This document shows positions 60,864 to 64,000 of a DNA stretch of 64,000 nucleotides, piece after piece; the first letter of the stretch is position 1, and each line of letters opens with the position of its first letter. Source of the stretch: Antedon mediterranea (taxonomy: Eukaryota; Animalia; Echinodermata); contig NC_092672.1 of the NCBI RefSeq assembly GCF_964355755.1, positions 13,578,001-13,642,000 on the forward strand. Direction: 5' to 3'. A program made the translations under genes and the position numbers. The notes under the pieces are model-generated. The model worked only from the letters and a program-made list of their open reading frames with translations, ran no database searches and had not been told where the DNA came from.

Positions 60864-63392
60864 TAGCCTTAAGAAAAACATCACTCCAGATGTTAACCGA
60901 CAAGATATAACCACCCTCATACCTTTAATAAACCCATTAATCCTGACATAAACCTCCAAGATCTAACCACCCTCCTGTAAAACGCCTGACGTTTATACCC
61001 TTAAAAAAAAAACATCACTCCAGATGTAAACCGCCAAGATCTGAACACCCTCATGTACAACGCCTGATGTGTATAACCTGAAAAAAAAACATCACTCCAG
61101 ATGTAAACCGCCAAGATCTAACGACCCTCATGCGAAACGGCTGACGTGTATACCCATAAAAAAAAAACATCACTCCAGATGTAAACCGTCAAGATCTGAA
61201 CACCCTCATGTACAATGCCTGATGTGTATAACCTACAAAAAAAACATCACTCCAGATGTTAACCGCCAAGATCTAACGACCCTCATGTAAAACGGCTGCC
61301 CTCATGCAAAACGCCTGACGTGTATACCTTTAAAAAAAAACAATAAACCTGACATAAAACGGCAAGATCTAACTACCCTTCTGTGAAATGCCTGACGTGT
61401 ATACCCATAAAAAAAACATCACTCCAGTTGTAAACCGCCAAGATCTGAACACCCTCATGTACAACGCATGACGTGCCAGTAAACGCCTGACGGTTATAGC
61501 CTTAAAAAAAACATCACTCCAGATGTTAACCGACAAGATATAACCACCCTCATACCTTTAATAAAACCCATTAATCCTGACATAAACCGCCAAGATCTAA
61601 CCACCCTCCTGTAAAACGCCTGACGTTTATACCCTTTAAAAAAAAACATCACTCCAGATGTAAACCGCCAAGATCTGAACACCCTCATGTACAACGCCTG
61701 ATGTGTATAACCTGAAAAAAAAACATCACTCCAGATGTAAACCGCCAAGATCTAACGACCCTCATGCGAAACGCCTGACGTGTATACCCATAAAAAAACA
61801 TCACTCCAGATGTAAACCGTCAAGATCTGAACACCCTCATGTACAATGCCTGATGTGTATAACCTAAAAAAAAAACATCACTCCAGATGTTAACCGCCAA
61901 GATCTAACGACCCTCATGTAAAACGGCTGCCCTCATGCAAAACGCCTGACGTGTATACCTTTAAAAAAAAACCAATAAACCTGACATAAAACGGCAAGAT
62001 CTAACCACCCTCCTGTGAAATGCCTGACGTGTATACCCATAAAAAAAACATCACTCCAGTTGTAAACCGCCAAGATCTGAACACCCTCCTGTACAACGCA
62101 TGACGTGCCAGATGTAAACCGGCAAGATCTAACCACTCTCATGTAAAACGCCTGACATTTATACCCTTTAAAAAAAACATCACTCCAGATGTAATCCACC
62201 AAGATTTAACCACCCTCATGTAAAACGCCTGACGTGTATAACCTTAAAAAAAACATTACTCCCTATGTAAACCGCCAAGATCTGACCACGCACTGTCATG
62301 TAAAACGCCTGACGTGTATAACCTAAGAAATACATCACTCCAGATGTAAACCGGCAAGATTAAACCACCCTCATGTGAAACGACTGACGTGTATACCTTT
62401 AAAAAAACCCATCCCTCATGTAAAACGCCTGACGTGTATAACCTAAGAAATACATCACTCCAGATGTAAACCGGCAAGATTAAACCACCCTCATGTGAAA
62501 CGACTGACGTGTATACCTTTAAAAAAAACCCATCCCTTATGTAAAACGCCTGACGTGTATACCTTTAAAAAAAACCATTAAACCTGACATAAACCGCCAA
62601 GATCTAACTACCCTCCTGGGAAATGCCTGACGTGTATACCCATAAAAAAAACATCACTCCAGATGTAAACCGCCAAGATCTGAACACCCTCATGTACAAC
62701 GCCTGATGTGTATAATTACCTAAAAAAAAAACATCACTCCAGATGTAAACCGCCAAGATGTAACGACCCTCATGTAAAACGCCTGACGTGTATAACCTAT
62801 AAAAAAAACATCACTCCAGATGTAAACCGCCAAGATGTAACGACCCTCATGTAAAACGCCTGATGTGTATAACCTAAAAAAAAAACATCACTCCAGATGT
62901 AAACCGGCAAGATCTAACGACCCTCATGTAAAACGCCTGACGTGTATACCCATAAAAAAAACATCACTCCAGATGTAAACCGCCAAGATCTGAACACCCT
63001 CATGTACAACGCCTGATGTGTATAATTACCTTAAAAAAAAACATCACTCCAGATGTAAACCGCCAAGATCTAACCACCCTCATGTAAAACGCCTGACGTG
63101 TATACCCATAATAAAAACATCACTCCAGATGTAAACCGCCAAGATCTGAACACCCTCATGTACAACGCCTGATGTGTATAATTACCTAAAAAAAAAACAT
63201 CACTCCAGATGTAAACCGCCAAGATGTAACGACCCTCATGTAAAACGCCTGACGTGTATAACCTAAAAAAAAAACATCACTCCAGATGTTAACCGCCAAG
63301 ATGTAACGACCCTCATGTAAAACGCCTGACATGTATAACCTAAAAAAACACATCACTCCAGATGCAAACCGCCAATATCTGACCACCCTCTG
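60864..63392. repeat. Satellite array with about 77-bp unit and a higher-order repeat of about 633 bp
   Basis: Unit catcactccagatgtaaaccgccaagatctgaacaccctcatgtacaacgcctgatgtgtataacct(A)n at 61013, 61090, 61168; the block starting 60864 repeats at 61497. Confidence 0.97.
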
Positions 63393-63399
63393 CAAACTG

Positions 63400-64000
63400 A
63401 TAAGAAAGTGGTTATTTTCAACAAGCTAACACAAAGAAAATAGTCCAGGAGTATTAGACAAAAAAAGGGCCAAAGGTAGAAATAAATATGCTAAAGCTGA
63501 ATTTTTCAGGATAGGTCCCCAATGTTGTCTGGAACAACATACTAAAAGTCCCCGGGTTTCCCCGTTGTGCTTCAACCTGATTGGGCCATTTTTGAAAATG
63601 GCGGCCATCTTAACATTATTTACCATATTTTGACAACCAGTAGGTGTAAGTAAACAATTTTGGTGTCAAAATACTCAGAAGACCAATATTTATATTCACT
63701 GTAATGGATAAGTTTTTAAAAAAATGACCGGAAATGCCTGTTTTGACCATAAATTTGGATTATCTCAATATCTCATCAACGACTGGCCGTAGAGAGTTCA
63801 AAGTTGTCCCAAATTATTCAGATTGCCCAACTTTCTATTCACTCTAATGAAAGAAAAATACTAAATTCCTTTAGAAACCTTCTATTCTGACCTTTGAACT
63901 ATTGACCTAAGCATATTTTAATTTTATAGACATCTTGGTGATCGATAGAAGTACATAAGCGAAATTGGTGTCAAAATACTCAGAAGACCCATATTTATAT
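63400..64000. repeat. Unclassified interspersed repeat (HINE-like), runs off the window
   Basis: aaaatggcggccatctt motif; tggtgtcaaaatactcagaagacc repeated at about 63661 and 63967. Confidence 0.45.

Noticed and set aside
60864-63392. CRISPR-like regular array
   Set aside because: Whole units repeat, there are no unique spacers or cas genes, and the context is eukaryotic.

Overview
AT-rich animal genomic DNA (marine invertebrate; echinoderm plausible but not demonstrable) made almost entirely of nested transposable elements, with no ordinary host gene recognised. The centrepiece is a 16.1 kb CMC/EnSpm (CACTA-family) DNA transposon (20077-36192, 2-bp CA target duplication). It carries a spliced, frameshifted transposase and a divergently transcribed, apparently intact 9-exon BEN-domain gene, and it is inserted in opposite orientation into intron 2 of a paralogous gene. 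Further right: a tandem triplication; a CACTA end with a SAMD3-like gene whose last exon is split by a GG-ended foldback element (8-bp TSD) carrying the 5' half of a THAP/P transposase; two adjacent U2 snRNA units each interrupted by a Keno-type Tx1 LINE; a spliced DUF3987-like P-loop ATPase/helicase pseudogene next to a repeat-rich transposon end; and a 77-bp satellite. The left part holds remnants of Sola2-like, Gypsy, Rex-Babar, Crypton-like, Naiad-type Penelope (with a hammerhead ribozyme), Academ, Zator and Harbinger elements. All family calls come from motif recognition by eye, not database searches.
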